NCBI GenBank assembly: GCA_947427625.1
Contig: CANEIR010000016.1
Span: forward strand, 1 to 46,186
DNA length: 46,186 nt
Reading direction: 5' to 3'
Origin: an uncultured Lachnospiraceae bacterium
GTDB taxonomy: Bacteria > Bacillota > Clostridia > Lachnospirales > Lachnospiraceae
A program made the position numbers and the translations under genes. Every line of letters begins with the position of its first letter. Position 1 is the stretch's first letter. Shown here one piece after another: positions 9,865 through 18,696 of the stretch. The notes beneath the pieces are model-generated. The model was not told where the DNA came from. It did no database searches and saw only the letters and a list, made by a program, of their open reading frames with translations.

Positions 9865-10117
9865 ACCCTGTTTTCTCCAATTCTTGTCATGTCCATAAAC
9901 TTCCATATCTTCTCCTTTTTGCAGACAAGGCTGCTGTAAACATCGGGCAAAATATAAGATTCTATATTCTGCCAGAAAGTCATGTTTTACAACAGCCCTG
10001 CTTTAACCCTTTTTTTATATTTTCTGCACACTGTTTTTCTTTTTCGGCTTATATTCCCCGAAAAGCAATAATCAACAGTATGTATCAAAAACTTCTTTTG
10101 GCTTGAAAAGATTTTCC

Positions 10118-11113
10118 TTATCCTACAAGACCTGAATTCTCCAGGTTTTCTACCAGTTTCCTCTGTCCGACCAAATAAACAATCAGCAGCGGAATCAAAT
10201 AGACCAGTACGCCCGCCTGTTTTACTGCGTCAAATGCCATATCTGGCACAAGCGGCACATCATACCATACCCGCACCGCATTCATAACATAATCCTTATT
10301 TGCAGAACTAAATGTGGTGGAAAGCAGCGTGCTCAAAAATCCGCCGTTCGGGTTAAAATAATTTGTGTAATAAGTATCGCCGTAATTCCATACAAACGAC
10401 AAAATTGCAACTGTGGAGATAATCGGCACTGCATTTGGTATCATAATGCGGAAATATGTTTTATAAAACCCGCAGCCGTCAATCAGTGCTGCTTCCTCCA
10501 GCTCCTTTGGAATATTTTTAAAGAACTGGCTGAACAGGAAAATAAACAAGCTCTGATTTACTCCAAATCCAAAAACCGCCAGAATAACAAGTACAATTGG
10601 GTTGTTAATTAAATTAACCTCGCCCGCTTTTGTAAATATATTCATAATGCCGAGTACATCAAAGTGGTTAAAGAAAATATACTGTGACAAAAGCAGCGAC
10701 TGTCTCGGAAGCAGGAACACCAAAATAACCATAAAGAATACAACATTCCTGCCCCAGAAATTGATTCTCGCCAAAGAATAGCCAACCATGGCGGAGAAGA
10801 AAATCTGGATTACCATAATACCGGTCGCATACAGCACGGATTTTGCCATTGTCATCAGTCCGTTTGGAAGAATAAAGCGGATTGCTGCTTTAAAGCTGAC
10901 AAGGGATTTCTCAAGCGGCAGCCAGATTACATTTGGGTTGCCAAGCTCTTCAATCGATGACAACACAACTGGAACAAGGTTTAAAAGCGGCAAAATAATA
11001 GTAAAGCAAAGTCCCAAAATCAACACGGTAGTAATAATCTTAAGTATTGTTTTTTTCGACCGCTTTTTAAACAGATATATTGCGAGCGATGCGTTCCTAT
11101 CATTATTTTTCAT
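10118..11113 (-). CDS. Carbohydrate ABC transporter permease, MalG/LplC-like.
   Basis: Six TM helices. EAA loop is LEEAALIDGCGFYKTYFRIMIPNAVP. It overlaps the upstream permease stop by 11 nt. Confidence 0.85.
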   Translation of the reverse strand: MKNNDRNASLAIYLFKKRSKKTILKIITTVLILGLCFTIILPLLNLVPVVLSSIEELGNPNVIWLPLEKSLVSFKAAIRFILPNGLMTMAKSVLYATGIMVIQIFFSAMVGYSLARINFWGRNVVFFMVILVFLLPRQSLLLSQYIFFNHFDVLGIMNIFTKAGEVNLINNPIVLVILAVFGFGVNQSLFIFLFSQFFKNIPKELEEAALIDGCGFYKTYFRIMIPNAVPIISTVAILSFVWNYGDTYYTNYFNPNGGFLSTLLSTTFSSANKDYVMNAVRVWYDVPLVPDMAFDAVKQAGVLVYLIPLLIVYLVGQRKLVENLENSGLVG

Positions 11114-12008
11114 TCTTCTTCACCACCTTTCGCAGCAGCAGCATAACAACGCCAAGCACGATCAGCACGTTAAAAATATAGACAACCGACAGCGCGGAGC
11201 TGATACCGATTTTGTTTTGGCGGAACGCAAACGCATACACTTCCTCCGCCACTGGCGACTCAATAAACAGCTGCACAATCGTGTATACAATCACAAACAA
11301 TGTGATATGCATAATGGAAGGAATCGTAACCTTCCAGAATGTCTCGTAAGCGGTCGCACCCTCCATCTTCGCCACTTCGTAAAGGCTTGGGCTGATGGAC
11401 TGAAGTGCTGTCAAATACACAAGCGTCTGAACACCTGCCTGCGAGATCAATGTAAAAATATTTTCAATGTAACTGATAATCGGATAAAGCACCCGCATCG
11501 GAACATTTAAAATGCGCACAAGGAATATGGTAATATAGCTGCCGGACACCAGCTGGCTGCCTGTATCCAGACTTTCTGTTCCTGTTGTCATAGCAAGCAT
11601 TGAAGTGACAACCTCAATTCCAAGAATAATCGGCAGGAAGAAAATCAACCGCACAACCGCACGCCCTTTAAATTTTTGATTTGCAAGCAGCGCCATAAAC
11701 AAGCTGAACACAACAATCAATGGCACGCTGATCAAAAGATTCTGGTTCTGTTCGGCAAACAACCGCATCATTGTCGTGGAGGTTGTTGTTACTTCTGTTT
11801 TAAACAGATCGATGTAGTTTTGTATTCCATTCCAGGAGAATGTCATACCGCCGCTTTCCCCGACGCCTACCTTATTAAAAGAGTAATATACGGTATTGAT
11901 AATCGGTATCAGGAAAAACGCTATAAAACCAATCAGAAACGGCGCTACGAAAATCAACCCGTTAATTTTCTTTTTTACCTGATAAGGCAGTTTCTTTTTG
12001 TTCTTCAT
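11103..12008 (-). CDS. Carbohydrate ABC transporter permease, MalF/LplB-like.
   Basis: N-terminus MKNKKKLPYQVKKKINGLIFVAPFLIGFIAFFLIPI, polytopic, with EAA-like loop LYEVAKMEGATAYETFWKVTIPS. Its start is adjacent to the stop of the gene at 12009. Confidence 0.85.
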   Translation of the reverse strand: MKNKKKLPYQVKKKINGLIFVAPFLIGFIAFFLIPIINTVYYSFNKVGVGESGGMTFSWNGIQNYIDLFKTEVTTTSTTMMRLFAEQNQNLLISVPLIVVFSLFMALLANQKFKGRAVVRLIFFLPIILGIEVVTSMLAMTTGTESLDTGSQLVSGSYITIFLVRILNVPMRVLYPIISYIENIFTLISQAGVQTLVYLTALQSISPSLYEVAKMEGATAYETFWKVTIPSIMHITLFVIVYTIVQLFIESPVAEEVYAFAFRQNKIGISSALSVVYIFNVLIVLGVVMLLLRKVVKKNEK

Positions 12009-14657
12009 TTATTTCACCCCCCGAATCAGATAACTCTCAGCATCAAGCGTCGCGCCGTCCTCAAGTTCCACGCTGTGAAGATTATAATTGACGATAACCT
12101 CCACTCCATTTGCATAAGTTGTCTTATAAACGTTCTTTGCCAGACATGTATGTCCTGCAATCTCGTTTGTTCCAATCTGACTGCGGATATCTTCAATTTC
12201 TGCATACATCGATTTGATATCGTTCTTTAAAAGATCGTACTGTGAAGAGTACAGATAATGATAATCTGTATACTTTAATTTTGTCACAGACTCCGAAGTC
12301 AGGATATATTTCGGATAAGAACCAAGTTCCGCCGCCTGCAAAACAAAATATGCCGCATTCTTTGAAGAGATATTGACATTTTCTGTCGTATAGTCCACAA
12401 GACCGTTCATCACAAGCTGACGGAATGGAATAGTATACAGAAATGTTGCGTAATCACTGCTCTCCTTTGAGACATCAACCGCAATGCTTCCATAACTGAT
12501 GTTGTCAATAAACGGATTTTCAAGAGCAAGCTGACGGTCAGAAAGCTTCTTTAAATTTTCCTGAATTACCGCCGCGCCTTCCTCTCCGGTTATCATTTCA
12601 TTAAAACGATAATCTGCATAGTACATTCCAGCAAGATCTGTAACAGCCAACTTTCCGTAATCATCCGATTTCTTTAAAAACTTATCTGTTACATAACTTA
12701 AATAAGCCGGTGAAATAATATAATGCCCATTATGAGTAACGCCGCCGTACATCTCGCCGCTTAAAATTCCGACTGCCGGCATATAGCGGTACATTATCAC
12801 TTCATCGTTGCCAAAATTTCTGGCAGCATGATTGCCTGCCATAAAACCGTTTCCGCCTTCTGACACATTTGAGAGAGCCACTGCAAGGTAGAAATCAAAT
12901 CCTTTTTGCTGTGCGTAATCCATCAGCGACTTCAGCTCTTTTTTGCTGCCGTTCGCACCGGTCAAGGACGCTTTTGCGTTCATCTTTCCGTCCATTCCGC
13001 CGTTGAACGCTCCGTCGTACTGTACTTGGTAATTTACGCCCTCAAGGTCATCCATAATCTTTTTCAAATCCTTGTAGCTTGTCATGGAATAAACCGAATT
13101 GTACGGGATACCGACAAAACGCTTCTGCAAAGAAACTGCCCCGATAAATTCCAGGTAAAGACTTGCCGCTCCATCGTCGTATTCCACCTGCATACCATAC
13201 CGATCAGCGAGGTACGTCTGATAGTCTTTCGCCATATCAAAATACGTAACCTGACTGCCGTACATCTGATAGCGCACCGTACAGTCAATATCCTGCATAC
13301 CTGTCTGAACCAGATAATTTGCGGAATTTGTACTGTATGCACCGTTGATCTTTACCCTCTGAAACTGGTTGATATCAAAAGATGCATAAGTTTTATTGTA
13401 TTTGTAACTTCCTTCCGCTGTCCCGGCAAGCTTTACATTGATATAAGAATTGTATGCACCCGATTCAATAATCGCCAAAAAACCTTTCTCGGTGTTGTCC
13501 TGCGGTCCGTAGAGCATACCATAAATCGGCATCATCAATTCTTCGCCGTACTCCGGCATAAAGAAATAATCTTTGTAAAAATCATTGTCGTACACTGGCC
13601 GCTCATAATCCTTAATGCTCGGCTGATTGCTGTTAAACGCAAACAGAGCACCTGCGCCGTCCGGCACAAAAATATAGCCGTCCGCATAATCTGCCGCTGC
13701 TGCCGCGCCAAAGTTCGGCAAAAATTTTACATTCTGGATGCTGTAGAAATCATTGTTTGATACCATCGCCCCTGCTGGCATTCTCACAACAAGCTCGCCG
13801 TCCTGCAATGTAACCTCGACTGTGATATCAAAATTTGCCGGCTCTGTAAAAGTTACAGTAAAGCCAAACTGGTCCGCATCCTCCATCAACATATCCTGCG
13901 TATATCCAACCACCTTTACAATCTCAAGCATCTGTTTTACAGCACTGACTGGCGGCGTGCCGGTGTAAGTCACTGCATAACACTCTTCCATAATACTTCT
14001 GGCATACACAAGACCAAGTGTCATTATGTATCTCTGCTTTTGTATGGAGGTGATTGTTCCTGCTTCCTGCGCCTTTGTAAGTCCGCCGACAAAAAATTCC
14101 TCATACCGCTCAATGGACATTTTCTTTGGACAGTACTCATAAAAACGCTGTGATTCTCCCTCGTTGAAATTCATGAAAATGCGTATGCCGTCCTGTATGC
14201 GCTGCATATTGTAAGAACCGAGCGCCACGCTGTTGTCATAAGAATTCCACTCGCCTAAATTGTTGTCCTCCCCCAAATACTGCACGGAAAGCAATGCCTT
14301 TTCACTGCCTTCCTCCGCGCTTGCAACCCCGGAAGTAAGGGTTGTTCCTGTCGCCTTATCCACCAGTTCCAAAATCATGGTCTCGGTGGAAAAATATAAT
14401 TCTTTTCCTCCGTTTTCCGCAATCAGAATACGTCCTTCTTCCTTTGCAATCTCGCCAAGTGATTCGGAGAGCGGTTTGCTTTTCACATCTGGAAGCTTTT
14501 CTTTTTTGACAAACAGCACCGGAATCATGCAGATTATGCCAATCACCAGCGCAACACACAAAATTGTAAGAAACAGTTTGCGGATTATATGTTTGGAGTA
14601 GAAGCGCCGGATCGCTTGAACCATTTTATTTCCTTCTAAGTTTTTTAAAAAATTCAT
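12009..14657 (-). CDS. Large (882 aa) single-pass membrane-anchored extracytoplasmic protein of unknown function. From memory it resembles the DUF5696 family; not verifiable here.
   Basis: One N-terminal TM helix (LFLTILCVALVIGIICMIPVLFV), then ~830 aa predicted outside with no recognisable catalytic motif. RBS AGGGAGG sits 9 nt upstream, and it is translationally coupled to the Yip1 gene (that gene's stop lies 17 nt upstream of the start). Confidence 0.55.
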   Translation of the reverse strand: MNFLKNLEGNKMVQAIRRFYSKHIIRKLFLTILCVALVIGIICMIPVLFVKKEKLPDVKSKPLSESLGEIAKEEGRILIAENGGKELYFSTETMILELVDKATGTTLTSGVASAEEGSEKALLSVQYLGEDNNLGEWNSYDNSVALGSYNMQRIQDGIRIFMNFNEGESQRFYEYCPKKMSIERYEEFFVGGLTKAQEAGTITSIQKQRYIMTLGLVYARSIMEECYAVTYTGTPPVSAVKQMLEIVKVVGYTQDMLMEDADQFGFTVTFTEPANFDITVEVTLQDGELVVRMPAGAMVSNNDFYSIQNVKFLPNFGAAAAADYADGYIFVPDGAGALFAFNSNQPSIKDYERPVYDNDFYKDYFFMPEYGEELMMPIYGMLYGPQDNTEKGFLAIIESGAYNSYINVKLAGTAEGSYKYNKTYASFDINQFQRVKINGAYSTNSANYLVQTGMQDIDCTVRYQMYGSQVTYFDMAKDYQTYLADRYGMQVEYDDGAASLYLEFIGAVSLQKRFVGIPYNSVYSMTSYKDLKKIMDDLEGVNYQVQYDGAFNGGMDGKMNAKASLTGANGSKKELKSLMDYAQQKGFDFYLAVALSNVSEGGNGFMAGNHAARNFGNDEVIMYRYMPAVGILSGEMYGGVTHNGHYIISPAYLSYVTDKFLKKSDDYGKLAVTDLAGMYYADYRFNEMITGEEGAAVIQENLKKLSDRQLALENPFIDNISYGSIAVDVSKESSDYATFLYTIPFRQLVMNGLVDYTTENVNISSKNAAYFVLQAAELGSYPKYILTSESVTKLKYTDYHYLYSSQYDLLKNDIKSMYAEIEDIRSQIGTNEIAGHTCLAKNVYKTTYANGVEVIVNYNLHSVELEDGATLDAESYLIRGVK

Positions 14658-14673
14658 TGTTGGCGCCTCCCTT

Positions 14674-15303
14674 CTACATTCTTCGGATCATTTCCTGCGC
14701 GACGGAGACAATAAACGAGATCATCTGCTCGATCAGCGTAAAGAAAAGCATTCCGATAAATACAATAATAATCGCCGCGATAAAGGTTAGAAAAATCGCT
14801 GCTGCATTTTTGCCGAACGTGTATTCATGAATCGTCAAAAGCCCTGCTACCAGCATAAAGATCGACCATACCAGACCGAGAGAAACAATAACATTTAAAA
14901 TCATTGCTTCTTCGAGAATAATAAAATTACTTGCAAAAATCTTGATAATAACACCGACCATATATGGAACCAGCGAATAGCCAAGCACCGTAATAATTGC
15001 AGGCAGATTGCCGCTGCCGTTCAACAGTGTTGTCACCGTCCAGTTGCTGACGGCAAAAAGCACAAGCACAAGCACGGTGGTCGAAAAGATCGAGAGGCTG
15101 TTCATTGTTTCCAGCTCATTTGTATTCATAATAAAGCCGGTATATTGATACTCAACACAGCGCAGGATGCCAAAAATCATCAAAAGCAATATCGCTAACA
15201 GTGCGCTGCCTCTCCCACGGAAACGAATCTCATAAAATCCGTCAAAGGGATGGAAAATCGAGCATTTCAGATAATAAAGTTTCTCACTCAGCTCTGCTTT
15301 CAA
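14674..15303 (-). CDS. Yip1-domain family polytopic membrane protein.
   Basis: 209 aa with 5 predicted TM helices after a ~30-aa cytoplasmic N-terminus (LYYLKCSIFHPFDGFYEIRFRGRGSALLAILLLMIFGIL). The Yip1/DUF1282-like topology and size fit. Its ATG overlaps the stop of the NHL gene (ATGA). Confidence 0.6.
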   Translation of the reverse strand: MKAELSEKLYYLKCSIFHPFDGFYEIRFRGRGSALLAILLLMIFGILRCVEYQYTGFIMNTNELETMNSLSIFSTTVLVLVLFAVSNWTVTTLLNGSGNLPAIITVLGYSLVPYMVGVIIKIFASNFIILEEAMILNVIVSLGLVWSIFMLVAGLLTIHEYTFGKNAAAIFLTFIAAIIIVFIGMLFFTLIEQMISFIVSVAQEMIRRM

Positions 15304-16781
15304 TTCTTCTTCCCCCCTTTCTTATGGTAGCGGACTTCTGTAAAGATCATCCAGCCAATCAAAAGGATAAAAATAATCATAATCACCGGAAAATATTTTT
15401 CAAGCATCTCACTGCGGTAACCATTGTAAGCTTTCGAATAGAAATTCCGGTTCTGACCAAGTTTGAAATACTCCATCGCTTTTTTGTACTCGCTCTTCAT
15501 CAGGTAGTTTTTCCCGATACCGCTGTACGCCACATCGTAATTTACATTCAAGTTAATCGCTTTCTCAAAATGCACAAGAGCGTCGTCCCATCTTCCGTTG
15601 TAATAGCAGCGGTTTCCGTCAAGCACCGCCTGACCAAACTTTGTCGGAGCCATAATATAGGCACATTTTAAAGTTTTATCACTCACGACAAGCTTATCGC
15701 CAAGCCAGGCAATACCGGATGGATCTTTAAACTCTCCCTTAAGATTTCCGAGTGTTCCGAATACATTGAGCAGCTCGCCGTCGAAATTGTAGAGAAATAT
15801 TCTTCCATGGCTGCGGTCAATCAGCGCGTAAGTGCCGTAATCCGTCACTGCGATATCGACAAAACGGCTTCCGTTATCGTCGCTGTGGATGCTCCAAAGC
15901 TCGCCGGTAACAGGAGTATTTCCTTCCTCGCGCAGTACGTTTCCGCCCTTTGAATTTAGACGGAACACCATATCTGCCGCAGAAGAATCATAAGTAACCG
16001 CCATAATAAACCCTTCGCCGTCCAACGTGATATTGTTAAATGCCGGCGCATAAGTTTTTGACATCTGCTCCTTCTGCTCGTCGCTCGCCAGCGACTTCCA
16101 GAAATAATCAATCAAGCTCACCCGCGGCGTATTGACGCCGTAATACCCGGAGAAACTTCCGTCCGCCGTCAGCTCAATAATTCCTTCATAGCTGGACTGA
16201 ACAATGACATAAATACGATCCGCCAAGTCAACAGCAAGCTTTGACGGCTTAAACTGCGCTGCGCCGGTCAGATTGTCCGGCTGTTTGATCACGCGCTTTA
16301 AAGAATAGTTGTCAAGATCAAGCACCAGAATACGCGCCGCGCCGGTATCTGCGATATACAGCTCGCGGTTTTTCTCATGGACGAACACTCCCTCTGGAGA
16401 AGTCAGCATAATCTGATTGCCGTTCTCATCCAGTGCAATTTTATTATCCGCATTGCGGATCAGCTTTAGATTCGCAAGCAGCTCTCCGTTGGAATCCAGT
16501 GCAAAAACTCTGCTTTCTGTAGCATCCACAAGAAAAATTCTGCCGTCCTTGCTTGTGCATACATCGTCCACGCTTCCGAGTTTTGCGCCGCCAAGGTTCT
16601 CCTGGCTGATCGTGCGCTCCAGCTGAAATGCTGCTGGACTTTCTTTCACATTTGCCCAAAAATCATATGTATAGCCGTCATAGACATAGCTGCTGCCATC
16701 CGACGCCAAAGCTCTTACTGGCAGCGCGAGCAGAATGAATACAAAGGTAATACCGAGGATTCGTTTTATTTTTTTATTCAT
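15300..16781 (-). CDS. Secreted NHL-repeat beta-propeller protein with a TPR segment and a C-terminal TM anchor.
   Basis: Signal peptide MNKKIKRILGITFVFILLALPVRALA. Repeated blades of the form DGRIFLVDATESRVFALDSNGEL / NRELYIADTGAARILVLDLD / DKLVVSDKTLKCAYIM (NHL-like). A TPR-like stretch reads YYNGRWDDALVHFEKAINLNVNYDVAYSGIGKNYLMKSEYKKAMEYF. The C-terminus ends in a TM helix (YFPVIMIIFILLIGWMIF) plus basic tail. Confidence 0.65.
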   Translation of the reverse strand: MNKKIKRILGITFVFILLALPVRALASDGSSYVYDGYTYDFWANVKESPAAFQLERTISQENLGGAKLGSVDDVCTSKDGRIFLVDATESRVFALDSNGELLANLKLIRNADNKIALDENGNQIMLTSPEGVFVHEKNRELYIADTGAARILVLDLDNYSLKRVIKQPDNLTGAAQFKPSKLAVDLADRIYVIVQSSYEGIIELTADGSFSGYYGVNTPRVSLIDYFWKSLASDEQKEQMSKTYAPAFNNITLDGEGFIMAVTYDSSAADMVFRLNSKGGNVLREEGNTPVTGELWSIHSDDNGSRFVDIAVTDYGTYALIDRSHGRIFLYNFDGELLNVFGTLGNLKGEFKDPSGIAWLGDKLVVSDKTLKCAYIMAPTKFGQAVLDGNRCYYNGRWDDALVHFEKAINLNVNYDVAYSGIGKNYLMKSEYKKAMEYFKLGQNRNFYSKAYNGYRSEMLEKYFPVIMIIFILLIGWMIFTEVRYHKKGGKKN

Positions 16782-16791
16782 GCTGTATCAC

Positions 16792-17679
16792 CTACCCTTT
16801 TATTCCCGATGTGGACATCGTCTCAATGACATTGCTCTGGGATACTACAAACACGCCGACTGGAACAACAAGCATAACCAAAGATACTGCGGATGCGACG
16901 CCGGTTCTTGCAATACCGCCGCTGACCAGCTGCGAGAGTACGTAACTCAACGGTTTTAACTCCTCAGAATAGATAAAGATACCGCCTGTCGTCCCCCACA
17001 TCTGCTGGAATGAGAAAATAATCAGTGTAATCCATGCTGGCTTACACAGCGGCATAACAACCTTCCAATAAGTCTGAAATTCTGTCGCGCCGTCAATCTT
17101 CGCCGCCTCAATCATTGCGTCCGGCACCTGCACCATAAAGTTTTTCATCAGGTAAAGACCAAGAGTACCGCCGACTGCCGGGAGAATTACAGCCCAGTAG
17201 CTATCAATCAAGTGCAGCGCGCTCATAATCAGATAGTTTGGAATCGCAGTTACCGAGGCAGAAAACATAAGTGCATAGACAATCAAATTGCTCATAAATT
17301 CCGAACCTGGAAATTTATATTTTGCAATCGGAAACGCCGCCATGGAACCGAGCAGCACTGTTCCGAATGTACCGATTCCCGTGATCAACAGAGTGTTGAA
17401 CGCATACCGCGAAAATGGAATTGCAAAACTCTCAATAATTGTCGCAAGATCGACAAAGTTGTCTGTGGTCGGGTTATCGACCATCAGCCGCGGCGGAAAG
17501 ATAAAAATTTCGCTGAACGGTTTAAATGCACTTGTTATCGTATACAGCAGCGGGAAAAGACTGAAGATGCCGAAAATTCCAAGAATAATGATAAGGGCAG
17601 CATCTCCGCCGACGCTCCGGTTTCTCCGCTTGAATTTCCGGCTCACCAGCTTCTTTTTAATAAATCGAAATAATTTCAT
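16792..17679 (-). CDS. Carbohydrate ABC transporter permease, MalG/LplC-like (second copy).
   Basis: EAA loop is MIEAAKIDGATEFQTYWKVVMPLCKP. Its C-terminus ...ETMSTSGIKG resembles that of the 10118 copy (...ENLENSGLVG). Confidence 0.85.
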   Translation of the reverse strand: MKLFRFIKKKLVSRKFKRRNRSVGGDAALIIILGIFGIFSLFPLLYTITSAFKPFSEIFIFPPRLMVDNPTTDNFVDLATIIESFAIPFSRYAFNTLLITGIGTFGTVLLGSMAAFPIAKYKFPGSEFMSNLIVYALMFSASVTAIPNYLIMSALHLIDSYWAVILPAVGGTLGLYLMKNFMVQVPDAMIEAAKIDGATEFQTYWKVVMPLCKPAWITLIIFSFQQMWGTTGGIFIYSEELKPLSYVLSQLVSGGIARTGVASAVSLVMLVVPVGVFVVSQSNVIETMSTSGIKG

Positions 17680-17688
17680 AGCGGCCTC

Positions 17689-18681
17689 CTATCCAAGTTT
17701 TCTTAACAGCTTCTGTACAAGCACGTTGCAGATCAACATAATACAGAACAAAATTACTGCAATCGTACATGCATATCCCAATTCGTAGCGGATATTACCA
17801 AAGTCATGCAAATGCGTCAAAATCGTATGCCCGGCGTAATTTGGTGACGGAAAACCGACAAGGTCGATGGAGAGCTGCGACACAGACAGAGAACTTGTAA
17901 TCTGCATAACCGCACCAAACATCAACTGTGGCTTCATACATGGCAGAGTGATATACCAAAGTTCCTGCCAACGGTTTTTAATACCTTCAACCGCAGCCGC
18001 CTCATAGAGTGACTGATCCATATTCTGCAAACCTGCGATAAAGGTCAAAAAGCTGATACCAAGGCTTAACCACAGCTGCACAACAATCAGGATCGGCATA
18101 ATATAACCTTCTGTCTGCAGCCACAAAATTGCCTCGCTTGTAAGTCCCAGTTTCATCATCCAGGCGTTTGCCCATCCGTAAGTATCTGATGAAAATAAGA
18201 GTTTCCATACCAAGTATGCATTACCTGAAATGGACGGCGCATAAAATACAAGCGTCATAATTGCGCGCGGAATGCGCGGAAGATCGTTGACAACCCACGC
18301 GAAAAGGAAACACATAATATAGCTGACTGGTCCTGTGATAATCGCAAACACAAGCGTGTTTTTTACTGCCGTCAAGAAAATTGGATCGTAGACAATCAGC
18401 TTAATATAGTTTGCAAAACCGATAAATTCCGGCGCCTCCACCATATCGAAGGAGGTGAGGGAAAGTATCATCGAAATCACCACCGGCAGGAATGTAAAAA
18501 CAACAAAGATAATGGCAAACGGCGCAATCATCATATATTTATATTTGTGCCTTCTCCATACGGAGGAAAATTTCCTGTCCTGGGATAATTTTTCCTGCAC
18601 AGACGCTTCCATTGCAGAAACAGCTCCTCCCTGTTCGGAAACTTTCCCTATTGGGGAAATTGTTTTTTTCTGTTTTCCCAC
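17689..18681 (-). CDS. Carbohydrate ABC transporter permease, MalF/LplB-like (second copy).
   Basis: Polytopic, with LYEAAAVEGIKNRWQELWYITLP. The GTG start at 18681 follows AGGAAGGAGGG. An alternative ATG start lies at 18612. Confidence 0.8.
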   Translation of the reverse strand: MGKQKKTISPIGKVSEQGGAVSAMEASVQEKLSQDRKFSSVWRRHKYKYMMIAPFAIIFVVFTFLPVVISMILSLTSFDMVEAPEFIGFANYIKLIVYDPIFLTAVKNTLVFAIITGPVSYIMCFLFAWVVNDLPRIPRAIMTLVFYAPSISGNAYLVWKLLFSSDTYGWANAWMMKLGLTSEAILWLQTEGYIMPILIVVQLWLSLGISFLTFIAGLQNMDQSLYEAAAVEGIKNRWQELWYITLPCMKPQLMFGAVMQITSSLSVSQLSIDLVGFPSPNYAGHTILTHLHDFGNIRYELGYACTIAVILFCIMLICNVLVQKLLRKLG

Positions 18682-18696
18682 AATTATCCCTCCTTC

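Noticed and set aside
9127-9939. 270-aa plus-strand ORF antisense to the GH30 gene.
   Set aside because: It is a Cys/Ile-rich nonsense translation of the antisense strand of a confident CDS, with no RBS.
12906-13760. 284-aa plus-strand ORF inside the 882-aa ectoprotein gene.
   Set aside because: It is antisense to a gene with RBS, translational coupling and coherent domain structure. Its composition is Arg/Cys/His-rich and unlike real proteins.
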